A DNA stretch of 63,731 nt, counting the filler, from Phoronis australis (taxonomy: Eukaryota > Animalia > Phoronida): assembly GCA_002633005.1 (NCBI GenBank). It is 8 parts of 8 records of this genome, joined end to end, with 100 filler letters (N's around TTAATTAATTAA, not from the genome) between each part and the next. Parts side by side here need not be neighbours in the genome. Positions count along the whole stretch, not along the records: positions 18,682 to 28,511 come from NMRA01001787.1; positions 28,612 to 32,139 come from NMRA01002970.1; positions 32,240 to 36,571 come from NMRA01002621.1; positions 36,672 to 39,102 come from NMRA01003671.1; 4 more parts are not named here. The stretch is one strand, 5' to 3'. Shown here one piece after another: positions 23,864-37,545 of the stretch; positions within the stretch are counted from its first letter, which is position 1; the number at the start of each line of letters is the position of its first letter. The translations under genes and the position numbers were made by a program. The notes under the pieces are model-generated. The model saw only the letters and a list, made by a program, of their open reading frames with translations, ran no database searches and had not been told where the DNA came from.

Positions 23864-26800
23864 AGTGTCTTTTCTACATGGTTTACATGACTTTTTTGTT
23901 GTTTCACATTTGGTGCTAAATGAAAGGAATCAGCAATTACCCTTTGGGCCATTGGAAACTTGAGACATTCACACTGTACCGACTTCAGTTTGGATCAATA
24001 ATGTATTGTCGGCTTAGATGCCAGTTTTATCAAAGATCGTGTGACCTGTTGGGGCTCAGACTGTTGTATCTCAATTTTTTTTCTAGCACTTTCTTGTTAA
24101 AAGTAATTCATGGAGATTTGGTGTTGAGTGTGGGCACTCTATACAGTCAGGCAGATTTATATCGACCTAGGTGTAACTTTTGGTTCTGGTAAAAAGCACT
24201 AAATCACAGTCATAATCACAAGGTTTTGATGTCTTAGTCATGACCAAGGGTACAGCCTTTGATAAAACAGGCAGCGAAGCGTCTTAAAACTGGTTGAGAA
24301 TGGGGTACTAGACTTTTATCGGCCCTATTCAGTCAGAGTCCAGGGTTGCCTATCTCTCGTGCATTGAGTATCGTGTACTCACAAGTCTTTAAGATATTGT
24401 GTTTCCCCTTGCCCCATTCTTATTCCTCGGAGATGGATCGTCAGGTCGTGAAAATATTTACTTTTCGCTTGATTTACAGTTGGTGCACCCTCATTTTTGT
24501 GCAGTAATTGTGTTTACAATAAATTGAAAAAATAATATAATTCTTGTGTCAAATAGCAAATTAAAAATGAATGTTATTAACTACATAGTACGGTCAGTCG
24601 TGCGAGGGGAAATAAAAGATAATGTTGACATTCGCAGTCCATAACAACTTTAAATTTACACTCTATGTCCTTAGCAGCACCTATAGATCACTCAGAGTTT
24701 TCTTTCAATAATTTACTGCAGTCAGATTTTTTCGCTGACGTAAGTACATTTAAGTTAACTAAGTGTTGTCAATATAGGTTGCACACCTACTTAATTTGTG
24801 GTTAACACTGCTCCTATTCGAATTTCTCGACATTTTACACTTTGTGATATGCCGTAGTGTTGCATCTTTCCAAAGATTGTGGTATAGTATATTATTATAA
24901 CTGACGTACAGCTTTAAATCTTTGCCACCGAACCTAATGCTGAATGCAGATATTTCAGTGCTTCTTATTATTGCATGATGCCTTGTACATTATTGACGTG
25001 CAAAATATCTGACTCCATGAGTCTATCAGAAACGGTGATACTAACTGTAAAATCCAGCTGTTTCGACATTTTTAGCAAAAACATGTCAGTGTTAAAAATG
25101 CAGTATACGTTTTATCTAGTACAATTTTCACATTTTTCGCACCAATATCATTTCCGTCTGTAATTGCCATTCCTCTATTTTCCAGTGGCTGATTATTTTG
25201 TTGATATATGTGAAATTCTTAGCCAAATCTTGATTTTTTATGTCTGCACAATACAAAGCAAGGCAATAATCGACCGAGATTATGTTGATATTTAGTTTTG
25301 TTGTGAAATTTGACAAGTTAAAATATTGGGTCCTCGGCAATATTGTGTGCTAAACAGGTGAAAATTATAATTGTATATTATGCCCAATGTGAAATACCTT
25401 TTAGAAGAGCATTTGATTGATGACATCACTGACGGGAGAGATTACATGCAGTGTGCACTGAATAGTCTGCTAATGTTTTGGTTCTTTCTTATCATTTTGC
25501 GTGTTTCATCTGGTGGCTGGTGTTAACTAAACATGTTAGCAGTAAAATATTGCTAGTTTAGAAAACAATGTGGCCGACAAGTGAAATTTTGCTTTTTTCA
25601 TTTTTTTAATCAATGAAAGATAATCAGCACCAAATAAGAAAATGATTTTGAGAAATTTTGGGCATTCACTGTGTTAGAAGCTTTTGAAAAAAGACCAGTT
25701 CTTGGAATTATTTGTGTGCGAAATTGGTGAGAATTTACAACATTTTTGATGTTTTGACTTCTTTTAATATTAAATCATTAGTATGGTAAAAATTCTTCAG
25801 TTTCTCATAAAAAATAATCATTAAGAAAAATTATCTTGAATTGCTGTGACTGGGCAGTTTCCATGAAACATTTAGCAATTGTTTCTGTGCCAAATTGAAG
25901 AATTTTTGTCATAGGTGACCTGGGCAGTTGAGAGTATTTGCATGATTTTGACGTTTTAATCTTGCGTGTTGTTTCGTTAAAAGACATTGGTTGGCTATTG
26001 GTGATCATGTCATCACGAGGTCAGTTTGGGGTCGTCATGCATGCTGTTTTAGCTTTGTAAATATAACTTACACTGCAGCCAAGTCATGTAAATTTCGCAG
26101 CACTGAATGATTGACAGATTAACACTGAGATGATAACTGGACAATCTAACGAATATCTTTAATTGAAGTTGATGAGCTGTGTCCATCTTAGCTAACATCT
26201 GTACAATGTATCTTGTACTGGCAAAGACCGACAAATCTCTTCATTCAAGATCCGTTACTTTTCGTCACTTCACAGGGCCTGGCTTAAATAGAAAAAAATA
26301 CCAGGCTGCATTCTGTAGACTTAAGAACCTTGCGAAAAAGCAAGATTGTGAAAGAACATGCTACAGCTCATGAGAAAGTACAAATGTTTTTCCCACAATG
26401 CTCGGTGGCTTACTAGCAAAAGGGTAACAATTGGAGTGATTGGTTGGTGATGTCGGAATGTTGATCTATGGGATAACAATCAGTTTCAAGCGTAGGGCAA
26501 GTGTCTCGGATCTACGGAAGGCAGCACTGGACACTGTCACATTGGCATGCCACTCAGTGTTTTTATTGCTTTGTTGAAGCTTATTGCATTTGACACAGGA
26601 TGTTACTGCTACACAGAACGTTTCACACGAGATGGCAACCCTGTGGTATAGAAACAACCTGGACTAAAATATAGCCGCACTTTCCTGTCCACTTGTGTCA
26701 TAAACATCTCTTCCCACAAGCACGCGAACTAAGCGTCTGCATGTCACACTGAATTGTACAAAAAAAGGTGTCAAGGTTTTTGAGAAATTGTAGGCATCTA

Positions 26801-29220
26801 CTGTTAGATGCCTAACAGTAGATGCCCACGGAAAAAAAATTTGGCAACTATTTTGCTGTCAAATTTACAAGATTTTGCTGAATTGTATAATTATAGATTT
26901 AGGAAGCAAGACTGCGTACAGACATTGTGGCTTGAAGTCTGTTAGTAGTGACTCATGCTGTGTACGAGCATCAAGCAGTTATTAACCAAAAAACGGGTGA
27001 TGAGGCGAGGTCTGACGAGATTTTGTCACATCTGTGACACAACACAGTTCATACGGGACGCGATTTTGTAATGTATACCTCTAGTTATAAAATTGTATTT
27101 TTGTCAAAAGAGTCAATTAATCAGAAAAAATCACTTCGTTACTGAACATTCAAAGAGTAGAGAAGCTGTCAGCTTGGTCTTTGCACTCTGTCCGTGATAA
27201 CGTGTTCTAGTGAAAATCACCATGATAACGTGTATGTCTAGCTCTTGAGGCACACACTCTATGGGTCTCTACATGAGGGAATGAACCTCCACCTTCAAGT
27301 GGCTTTCATCATTAGTAAATGAACTCCAACTGTTGTTTTAATTCACTGCATGCTTAAGTTCTACGTCTTTGTTTCTGTGTCCTGTGGTGTCTTATGCATA
27401 ACTAGTATTTACATCAAGGTTGGACTGTTCTGCTTGTTCAAACTACATCTTGCTTAACGACAGTCCTTTCCTTGCTGTTGGGCAACGTTAGTTCCACGAC
27501 ATACTTGTTTCTTCAGTTGCCAGAGTGGCTTGATTTTAAAACTTCCGTCAAAAAATTAAATTTTTCAACTATGAAATTGGTTTCTACTTGTTCCTTACTC
27601 ACATTAGAGATGGTTTCTGGGCTTGAATAAGACTGATAGGTCTATTGCTTAACATGCCAAGAACTGTATGGTGACACTTGGCTTACCTCAAAATCCAACT
27701 GCTGCCTGGTGGTAATTAATTGGTAATTGGCCAAATTATTTTGCAAACTCAGCAGAATTAATGAGGAATATGTTGTTGCAGCATTAAACAAGTCACATTC
27801 CTTGTCCAGTTTTCAAAATTCAGAAACCTAATCACAAACTTTCAAAACAAAAATTTAAGAATACTTTTGTCGGCCCTGATGTGTTTATGATGGTCGCCTG
27901 GGGCGATTTAATTAAGCACAACAGCATGGTGTCTTTGATCTAAACCGGCAAATTCTGTGGTGCGCAAACCAGTCGAGTTACCCGATCTTGACTGGTTAGG
28001 TTGGCAATGTAGAATTCTTTTCGTGGGACTCTACCAGATGTTTTGCCAAGATGGCGGCTGGTCATTTTATGCGACGAGCAGGTTCCCAACCCCAGAAATC
28101 ATGATTTCTCATCTGAATACGGAATAAGTATTAGACCTGCAGTATATATTTCAAATCAAAAGTTTGTTTTGTTCCAGTTTATTGCTGTTTTGGTGTTATT
28201 TAACTCTGCTACAGCGGAGAAACCATAAAAATTTACTGCAGACTCGACTCCAAAATTAATCAGTTGTGTTGTTCGCTTTGAGACAGCTTCAAATTTCAAG
28301 GATCGGTCAATTCTTTAAAAGAGTTTTCAGTACAGTTTGTTTGCCTAGTCCAGCCATGCATTGAATTGGAATTTAACTCGGTCTAGTATACATCCGAGAA
28401 CCCAAGTGCTTCGTGTTTAAGAACACACAAATTTCGGCTGACCAGTCAGTGTTATCTGTCCGTTTAGTTTTCTGACTGTTTTGTCTCACAAACAAGTGCA
28501 TGTGTGGGGCANNNNNNNNNNNNNNNNNNNNNNNNNNNNNNNNNNNNNNNNNNNNTTAATTAATTAANNNNNNNNNNNNNNNNNNNNNNNNNNNNNNNNN
28601 NNNNNNNNNNNACATAGCAATGTACCTACAAGTTGTCTAAAGGCTGCTACTACTGCAGTCACACACAAACGTCAACGCGTAACTCACAACATCGCAATTT
28701 TTATGAAAAACAAACGAACACACAGCAAGCTTGATGAGTATTACCGTCCCCTGTTCTGACTAATGCAGTAATTGGTATGTTTACCAACCCTAGTCAGTTG
28801 TGCATGTGAGAAAGTCTAGTGACGAAGTATTGTAACGATGACTGCGTCATCTATTATCTAAATTTGTATACATCGTAACACTTGACTATAGTATATGCTG
28901 TATCTATTAAGGTCTACTATCCAGGACTATTGTAATTCTTACTGTTTGACCTCTTTCGTATGTAGATTAGGTGTGCCCGTGTACCTGGGAGTGTTTTCAA
29001 GCTCCTTTCCTCACTTGAGCTTTTGACATGAATGTAGAAAGATGTTTTGTACATGTTGCGATATTATTGACACCCATGAAGTTTCAATGATTGATGTGCA
29101 TATCAGGAACTATATATACACATCTATATTCAGTGTAACTTGTTATTATGAAATATCCACAATTACAAGTATGTTATTACAGGTACATTGAGCTGCAGGT
29201 GTTTAGCAACCATGAAGAAA

Positions 29221-29335
29221 GTAGTGTCATCTGGTGGCAGAGCATTCACCTACCAATCCAGAGATAGCGGGTTTGACTCCTATCAAACCACACTACCTGA
29301 CCCTTGACCCTTGAGGACGATCTCTGGCCTCGGCA
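29221..29335 (+). mobile_element. Degenerate tRNA-derived SINE
   Basis: A-box-like GTGTCATCTGGTGG and B-box-like GGTTTGACTCC, followed by CCCTTGA core-like sequence. Confidence 0.45.
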
Positions 29336-29631
29336 CACTTATGTTGTATGTGCATGCATGTGTGATGTATGTTTAACTTGTTTATAATTGATGACACATA
29401 GTATTTATTGATTGATGATATAAAATTCTGTAAAGATGTCATGCAAATAAATAACACTATAAAACATATTCAAATCTTAATTTCCTCCCTAATTGAACAC
29501 TCCATGTAGCCATGCAGTGATTTTTTAAGAGCCAGTGACTTTTGTTTTATACCAGGCTGGTAAGATTGCGTACTCGTTAAACACAAGTGAGATCCTGCAG
29601 GGGTCACATGATCATATTAAGAAGTACATAC

Positions 29632-29732
29632 CTTTTGAATTTAACCGTTGCGTGTAAATACTGGAACAGGATTAGAAATTGAACGAGGACGTATCGTCGA
29701 AAGTTGGTGTCACTGAGTTGAAGATCAAGAAG
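29632..29732 (-). CDS. THOC1: THO complex subunit 1 exon
   Basis: LLDLQLSDTNFRRYVLVQFLILFQYLHATVKFK, close to recalled human LMDLQLSDSNFRRHILLQYLILFQYLKGQVKFK. Canonical AG/GT sites. Confidence 0.92.
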
Positions 29733-30383
29733 CTGAAATTGTAGAAATTCAAATTGACAAACAAAAGAGCAGTCAACCATCTTCAACACAAACCTCCCAG
29801 TTTCGTGACAATTACGTAAAATAAAGACAGAGAAACACATTTTACACAGTCACATTACACTCGTATAATCACATTACACTGCAGATGTAAAGTTCATCCA
29901 GAGGCGCCTTCAGTTGCGCGAGTCACTCATGAATGAAAGCAAACAGAGACCAGTCACGTGATTTTTATAAAGCATGATATCCCGCTTAGACTCAGGTGAC
30001 CTAGTTAATCTTACAAGATACTTGGCATACCGAGCCCGTACACCTCATGCACGAAATACTAACGGTTCATTCGCTTACACTTTATATACAAATAGTACTC
30101 ACAGCTAATTTCAGTGATGTTCTGGCACACTGACTCATGCCAAAGTGCATGCTATGCTGCCATCTCCAAGAACACCAACTGTGTGATAACAAACTTTTCA
30201 GCAGCTATAAACCCTCATTCCGTCCAAAAATCGAACTTTTAATTTAGGCCAGTTATCGACGATAACAAAATTGACCTCAATTTGTCCCTTTAGCAGAATG
30301 CTGATAAGTGATTTCTGGGCTTGCAAAGAACTGACAGTTCGTTATTCCAAAAAGAATGACAAATATTTTACAAAAGCACATAC

Positions 30384-30518
30384 CTTTTCACTTGTTAAAT
30401 ACTTGGCAAAGTAGGCATGAGCTTCGGCGGACTGGCGCAGTTTTTCCAACTTCCTCTGCGATGACGACACGTCATCGAGTTTGTAACTTTTGAAGGCCTT
30501 CAAGACTTCTTCAGAATT
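30384..30518 (-). CDS. THOC1: THO complex subunit 1 exon
   Basis: NSEEVLKAFKSYKLDDVSSSQRKLEKLRQSAEAHAYFAKYLTSEK, 135 bp, phase 0-0. Confidence 0.92.
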
Positions 30519-31274
30519 CTGTCAGATAGCAACATAAGTCTGAGACACAGCTCATCATAATTGCACAATTCTAATGTACACAAGGGGAAGGTACCAATAA
30601 CAGGGCTAGCAATGACCAATAACAAAAAGGAAAATTTTCCATGTGATGTATGACTCTACAAATAAGTATAATTAGTGTGATAAAAAATATCTTTTGTTTT
30701 GTACAATTTTGCTACAAGAAACATATTTTTGCATGAAAAAAGTAAAAAAATAATGAACAAAAGGCGAAATAAAGAATAAAACTGGAAATCTAATAAGAGG
30801 AAATGAAAACCAACAAGGAAGAAATCCTGCTAAAGGAGGAAAATTACAAGCTTCGATACAAAACTTTTCATTGGCACCATCTCCACTTTATGAAGTGTTA
30901 TCATTTACCGTTTTTTATAAAGAAAATAAGACAAAAAGTTCAACTTAAGGCTGACCATTATTCCACTGAGTGTCCTCTACTCCTGAACCTTAAAATAATG
31001 ACTTGCTATGAGAAAGTTGTTCAATTCAAAATGACAGACTAAGTAGTACGTGGAAGTTTTTGGATGTCATAGTGCAAAGTCACTATCAAAAAACGAATCC
31101 CACGATTCAATCCTCTTTAACGGGATTGAAAGTGAAATCACCCAGTTCTGTAGAGCAATCCTCTCTATATCTCATAACACACTGATCTTTCAACATTCAA
31201 CATCGACATGGATCAAACTAACAGGCAGGAAATGAAGCTGTCCATTTAAAGCCAGTGTATCTGCTACATCGTAC

Positions 31275-31383
31275 CTGGACAAACGCTCTCCAGTTGACCT
31301 TTTCGTAACACTGGATTGGCTTACGGAAGTAGTCCTGTAGTGACCAGAATCGCCGATACAGGTTATAGTCTATAGGAATGGAG
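31275..31383 (-). CDS. THOC1: THO complex subunit 1 exon
   Basis: SIPIDYNLYRRFWSLQDYFRKPIQCYEKVNWRAFVQ, phase 2-0, canonical splice sites. Confidence 0.93.
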
Positions 31384-32096
31384 CTGTAAACAGACAAGGA
31401 TTACAAAGACCTCAAAATTTCATAAGAATTACATGTATTCTACTTGCCAATAAATATGAAAAAAAATTCTCGTGATTTGGGATACTGTAATTCAAGTCAA
31501 AATTGAATTTCTTGATTCTGAAGTTTGAGTGAGATATGGAAGACTTTTGCATTCATCACCATCATACTTCTCAAATATCAGACACTGCGATTTGTATTGA
31601 CAAAGTTTGAAAATAGACTTAATTGTTCATAAAATTTACAAAAAACAGCCACCGATGCAACATTTTCACACATTCTCATAGTGCGTAACATAGAGGTGAA
31701 CGAGCGTTTGTCCTAGATCTCTATTCTTGAATTTGAGACAGCAGATATTGCCTATTTCTGAAATTTTGTACGAGCTCTGGCATTGAGCAAAAACTGTGAT
31801 CCCAAATTGAAGGACTTTTACCGTAATCAAATTTCCTATTCACCAAATGTGACTCCTGATAGTACACAACATCATTAGTCACATCCTTGTAAGACACGAC
31901 TTGAATGAAACATCAAACACCACAAAGGAAATTTTAAAACCAAAAGCAACTAATACAAACTGACTGTAACGTTTAAAGAAAGAAAACAAAAAACCAGCAA
32001 TCAGTGGAGAAAACTGCATGTATGTGAATACCACTCATGAATTTCGAGAACAGAATCAACCTTATTTACTAACGACTAAGATGTGGCAACATTCAC

Positions 32097-32139
32097 CTGG
32101 AGAGGTCCGACATTTCACCCTCTTCCATACTTTCATCCA
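32097..32139 (-). CDS. THOC1: THO complex subunit 1 exon, 5' part lost in gap
   Basis: DESMEEGEMSDLS followed by a phase-2 donor GTGAAT. Matches the EEGEM motif of THOC1. Confidence 0.8.
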
Positions 32140-33574
32140 NNNNNNNNNNNNNNNNNNNNNNNNNNNNNNNNNNNNNNNNNNNNTTAATTAATTAANNNNN
32201 NNNNNNNNNNNNNNNNNNNNNNNNNNNNNNNNNNNNNNNAAAATAGCATGCAAGTGTAAGGAGATCGCTTTAAAACTAGGTGAGATGGCATGTGTGTCAG
32301 TTGTTGGCCACTTCTGTAGCAAATGTTAAAAAATGTATTTCAACAGACACATTGGTGAACATCCAGACTATGTACAATGTCATTTCAGTGGGCATAATGG
32401 TGAAGAAGATGCAATATGCTCTTGTAGTCTACACTCAGTGTCATTTCAATTTTCACCTGTTCTCTCTCTTAAGCCATTTAGCCAGCCGCAACCTCTATGG
32501 CCAAAAGACAACTCATTGGGTTTTCTAGATTCTCCCATCTATAAATGTTTTATTGTTCGAACACTTCCAGTGTTTCATTGATTTCTAAGGAAGAACTTCA
32601 AAAATAAGTCCAAGATCTCCACCAGACTGTCAGAATATGAAGGCGTCTATACATCACACAAGCCTGATGATTTCCGGTGATGTCGGAAGGGTTAGGTTCT
32701 ATTTTGTGAGATCATTGAGAGTTCTTCAGCATATCGTTTTCAGCCATGCGACATCTGCTTTAGAGCGCCATGAAGAGTAAATAAGCAATGCTATTTCTAT
32801 TTTGGAGACTCAACAATAAAATGCATAATTCTCTTAAAATAGTTGTAAATGGTGAAAATAACTCTTGTACATGAATTTATAAATATTGCTGGTTTGTTTT
32901 AACATGGAATATTTCATTTAATGCCAGCTGTAGTCAGTAGGCCCTAGAAACCAGTTTTGCATTGACGTAGAAGTCAGTTCAGTTATTGTATTATCTGCCT
33001 TCATGTTCCACATCACACTAAATTGTACCAGAGCTTATAAGACTATGCTGCATTGATGTTAGTTAGAATGGTAAAGAAGGATAGAGCATGCCACTATTTG
33101 GAGAGCAACATCCAGCATAGGCAACTACTGTACATGCTAAAAACGATTGGAAAAAATGACCCGGAATTTTACCCATCATGATGACTGAATGTTGGCGGGA
33201 TACTCACCATGACATTGGAGTTCAAGGGTAACTCACTGTCAGATTAGCTGGAAGGAGGAGTTCATGTCCCATTTTGAGGGGTTTTAGGTTGGCTGATGTG
33301 TTTGTTGTAAAACATTGAAAGTGGTGGAAAATCTTGGAACTTGAGGTCGTGTTTGGCGAGTGAAGCATCTAAAACTTGAAGTCGTGTTTGCCGAGGTCAG
33401 TCACTCTGAAGTCGCCTCAGGCAATCTGAGGTTGCTTTTGGTGAGTTGGTGTTCACCAAATCAGACCCTGCATGGAATCTTTCAGTTTATTTTGAAGTTG
33501 GTATGCCACAGGAGTCAACTTGGAATTAATTGACAACTCAGTGCTGGTGCCTAATCTGGCTTGTCTTTTTGCAG

Positions 33575-33693
33575 CACAAGAACCATCCTGTTTCACTTGT
33601 GCTACCTGTCATGGAGAGTTCCCCAGTGGCTGGGATCTGTGTGTCCACTGTCAACACGAACATGGCATGTTGATTTACAAGGAGTCACGAGAG
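33575..33693 (+). CDS. Exon encoding a BCL11/ZNF296-type C2H2 zinc finger
   Basis: QEPSCFTCATCHGEFPSGWDLCVHCQHEHGMLIYKE resembles recalled BCL11A [35 protein letters not shown]. Acceptor TGCAG, donor GTAAGT. Confidence 0.8.
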
Positions 33694-33987
33694 GTAAGTT
33701 CTGTCACTGCCTGGACTCTGATCATTCACCAACTGACAGCGATCTTGTATCAAATGGACAAGAGCCTAAAAAACAGTTAGGAGAAATACATCTTTTATTG
33801 GTCCAAGGCAAATTGGACTGGATGAAATACGTTACGTCTTCAGCATTTCAGTGTGTTTTGGTTCTTTTTAGAGCCAAAGAGTGTTTAGGTCACATGATTA
33901 GAACAGTAGTATATGATGAGAAAGCCTTAGTTTATGGTCCAGTCTCTCTACTTTGCTATGTAATTTGGAGGTTTTATCATTTTTCAG

Positions 33988-34020
33988 ACTGAACCTGCTG
34001 ATGCAACTGACACAGAAAAT
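33988..34020 (+). CDS. 33-bp micro-exon of the zinc-finger gene
   Basis: TTTTCAG|TEPADATDTEN|GTGAGT, phase 0-0. Confidence 0.6.
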
Positions 34021-35404
34021 GTGAGTAACTAATCAAATATGTGGGGTAACATGAAAAAGCGGATCAGACCTGCAGACAGATATCTCAGGCCTTGAATTGA
34101 AACGTGAACCTGCTTTCAAGAGGTGAAACCCCAGTTTATCCAAAAACAAGACTTCATGTAAATAGAAGTAGGAAGTCTTTCACTGTAACCAGAACTGCCT
34201 GGTTTTGTCAGTGGTTCTTGACCTGGGTGCGAGACTCGTGGTATTTGCCCTGTCTTTCTATGTTCGGGTTCCTGTTTTGCAGGTGCAGGGCTAGCGTTTG
34301 CATGAGTGTGATTCCAGTTTGCAGGCCCAGTCCCCCTGTTCGTGCTGTTCCCGAAATATGAATGATTCATTCGGTTGGAAATGAGAAGTATCTGATCTAT
34401 CAATATATAGAAATTAGCTGATGCCCGTGTCATGCTCGGGTTCACTAAGATGGTGTACCTATTTTTGCCATTACCGGTAAGTCAAGACCTCATGAACTCG
34501 ATCAATCATACACTGCCCAGGAATAAAATACAATAACTAATTTCAAAAGGGCACGAACAAAAATGATTGAAACTGATGCCGTGAATATTTGTAAACATAA
34601 GGTAAAAACTTTCTAACTGTCCAGGTGTCTCATAATTATCACTGTATTGTACTCAGTAGTAGCCCTCTTGCCATTTCTGCTTGATCAAAAATATAGCTCT
34701 GCATCGCTAATTAAAGTGAGTTGAGAATGTAATTATTATCTGCCAGAAAATACACAGTAATTTGTGTATCGAGAAATGGAATTTGTGGAACATTTTGTGG
34801 TTGAATGCTACACTGAGGTATCTCTGTTTTCATTCAATCAGTATGTGAATAGTTTGTAACTAATAAAGTAGCATCTGTTCCTCGACAACTGTCATATGCA
34901 GAACATTTTACTATTCAGTAAATATTGGTTACCTCTCCCTAAGGCGGAAAATTAGTTATTGAACCAAAGCAATAGCATTTGGTTCAAATTATCAACAGCC
35001 TGGAACCTTGCCATGTACTTAGGGCTAAGCAGCTTGTCATTAAATGTCAAGAATGACAACAGTTATACTCGTGTACGCTACGGTTGCAATTTTGAAATTC
35101 TCTAATTAGATTTATTATATCCAGTCATAAGAGGCAGGTTGTCATGGCAATGTTGGTAATAAATTAACAGTAGCCTACACCAATATATTCATAAATTTTC
35201 TCTGAATAACAAAGTCACATTATCATGCATTGTTTTTCAGTGTTGAACTGCTGCGCCGTAAACTTTCCCTGTGGGCGTGTAACCAAACCCTTTTAATTAC
35301 AAATATTGTTTTTCTCTCTGCCAATTGAGCGAATAACAAAATTTATTAATAGGGCAATAACTTAATTTATTTTTTAAAAAAGTCTTATTTTTTGTTATTT
35401 TCAG

Positions 35405-35476
35405 GATGAGGATAGCACACTGAATTTAGAGAGTGATGATTTGGATGACAAGGTTGAAAAGAAAAGTGATGTCTAA
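35405..35476 (+). CDS. Terminal acidic exon of the zinc-finger gene
   Basis: Long polypyrimidine acceptor, then DEDSTLNLESDDLDDKVEKKSDV*. Confidence 0.6.
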   Translation, partial: DEDSTLNLESDDLDDKVEKKSDV

Positions 35477-36671
35477 GATCTCAATGTGCGATGAAGGTTC
35501 TCATCTTGTAGTTGAATACAATTGTCGTGTTTTATTTGTTTTATCTTGTTTAAGAACCAGTCATTGTGATTGGTAAAGTTTAAATAAGCTGGTTATTGTG
35601 TACCTTGTAAGTTCACGTGCACGTTGCCATTTTAACATTAAAAATACAGTAACTCTCTCTGCATGTTTTTTTATGAATTGATTTCAGTTAAGGTGGAAAT
35701 TCTTTGGTTTGGGACAGTGGAAAAATGAATATCTCAAGGTTATCCCAAATTTGAGAAATTGGGCATCCCAAAATCAAGGCCTCTAGTAGCAGCTTTTAAT
35801 CATGTTTAGAAAACATGTTAACTTACTTTTTATGACCCTTAGGCAGACATGTACTGGTCTGTAATAAGAGAGATATGATACATGCAAAAATCCCCAAATC
35901 CCGTATTTCAGAATCAGGAAAATGCAATTTCAGCTTCGATTTTGATGTCCCAAATTTTGGAGACTGTCTCAAATTAGAGAATTTTTATCATATTCATTTG
36001 CACTTTTAGTTGCGTTTTCTTGTTCAGTATTTTATTCACGAAAATAATTACATTAATGAAACAGCAAGTATACAGTTCCATACACATTCATTACTTGTTT
36101 CATCCTATGTACCGACAAACAACTTTATCCAAGACCATTCTATTCTCAATTTCTTTCGGCATGTTAAATAACAACACATAAAATTTGGCAGCAAACCGAT
36201 TTTCTCCACTGAGTAATGGGCATCAAACTGGTTCTCAAAATCCTAGGCTGTTTTACAAGGTTTGGAATTTTGCTCATTAAGAGGATTTCCTATTTGGTTT
36301 AGATTTCCTTTTATTTGATTTCCAGTTTCCTCCTTTTTTCGTCTCTTTTATAATTAATTTGACTTTATTGAAGCAAAACCTTTATTTCAGTAGGCCACAT
36401 GAAGTGAATCTGGTGTCCGTAAATTTCCATAAATGGCCAGACTTTTTATAACAGACTTGTAGTTGATAAATATGCATGCCTCACTTTGATATTTCATTGA
36501 GATCATGCAGATTGGTATATTTCCTGGACATGATCCAGCTATTTATCGGCTGATAGTGCATAGATACCCGTNNNNNNNNNNNNNNNNNNNNNNNNNNNNN
36601 NNNNNNNNNNNNNNNTTAATTAATTAANNNNNNNNNNNNNNNNNNNNNNNNNNNNNNNNNNNNNNNNNNNN

Positions 36672-36815
36672 AACGCCCATGCTCAGTTAACCGCCCATCC
36701 CCGACTTTAAGTGGATTTTCGATTTAACCGCCCACTGCTCGGTTAACCGCCCTCCCCCGATTTTTTGGATTCGCCAATTTAACCGCCCAGGGCGTTAACC
36801 TGAACGATTACGGTA
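36672..36815. mobile_element. Right end of a Tc1/mariner (pogo/Tc2-like) element
   Basis: Four TTAACCGCCC subterminal repeats ending in ...GATTACGG|TA. Confidence 0.55.
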
Positions 36816-37399
36816 AGTTTCATGGACCCCAAAAATATTGGAAGGTGGGTCCACTGGACCCCAGTTTTTGGAAGAGTAGGGCAAACACTGACTTATGTCA
36901 TGACTCTCAAGTATCTGCAACTTGCAGCTAGCTATTCCTAAAATCATCCCAAAAGAGCAATTTGATGAGTGTTTTTGTATTTATTTTTCTCAGTACTACT
37001 TGTAATGGATTTTTATGTAATTCTGTAATATTTGTATTCTTTATTTAGAACAGTATTTAAATTATTCAATTAAACTGACCATCATTGCCGTCTTTGTGCA
37101 AATTGTGTGATCGGTCATGTTTTACTGCGTTGTCGGAGTTACATAATTAGTTTTGTGTTTAATTCGTTTTTCTTTACTTTAGTATTTGAAAAAATGTTAT
37201 TAAAATGATGTCAGTTAAGCTGCTGCAGTAAATGTCCTAATTAAATTGAGGCACACGTTTTGGACAGTTTTTACTACTTTTGTATTTTTTTTCTCCAGGC
37301 TGCAATAAATTTGATACGCTGCGTCTACTGCATGCTGTTTTGCTATTCCCAGCCCAGTCACACCAATACTACACAAAACATAATTCCTCCTAGCACTAG

Positions 37400-37545
37400 T
37401 TCAGCATTGAGCTATACAATACTCCTCCAGAGGGCGACGTAAGCATTTCAGCTCCATGGATGTATTTTAAATGGGCATTAGACCTATTCCAGCCACCAAG
37501 TAAGAAGTTTTCACCTCGTCAAAAATAAATTTTGCACTTAAAATA
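37400..37545 (-). repeat. Diverged inverted relative of the 41689-42431 / 61395-62144 family
   Basis: TTTTCACCTCGTCAAAAATAAATTTTGCACTTAAAA is the near reverse complement of 42203-42239. Confidence 0.55.

Noticed and set aside
2430-29335. tRNA genes at 2430-2537 and 29221-29335
   Set aside because: Only A/B-box similarity and no cloverleaf, so treated as SINE heads.
28612-32139. THOC1 apparently nested antisense inside a + strand gene
   Set aside because: Bounded by artificial spacers, and the flanking + strand exons belong to different genes.
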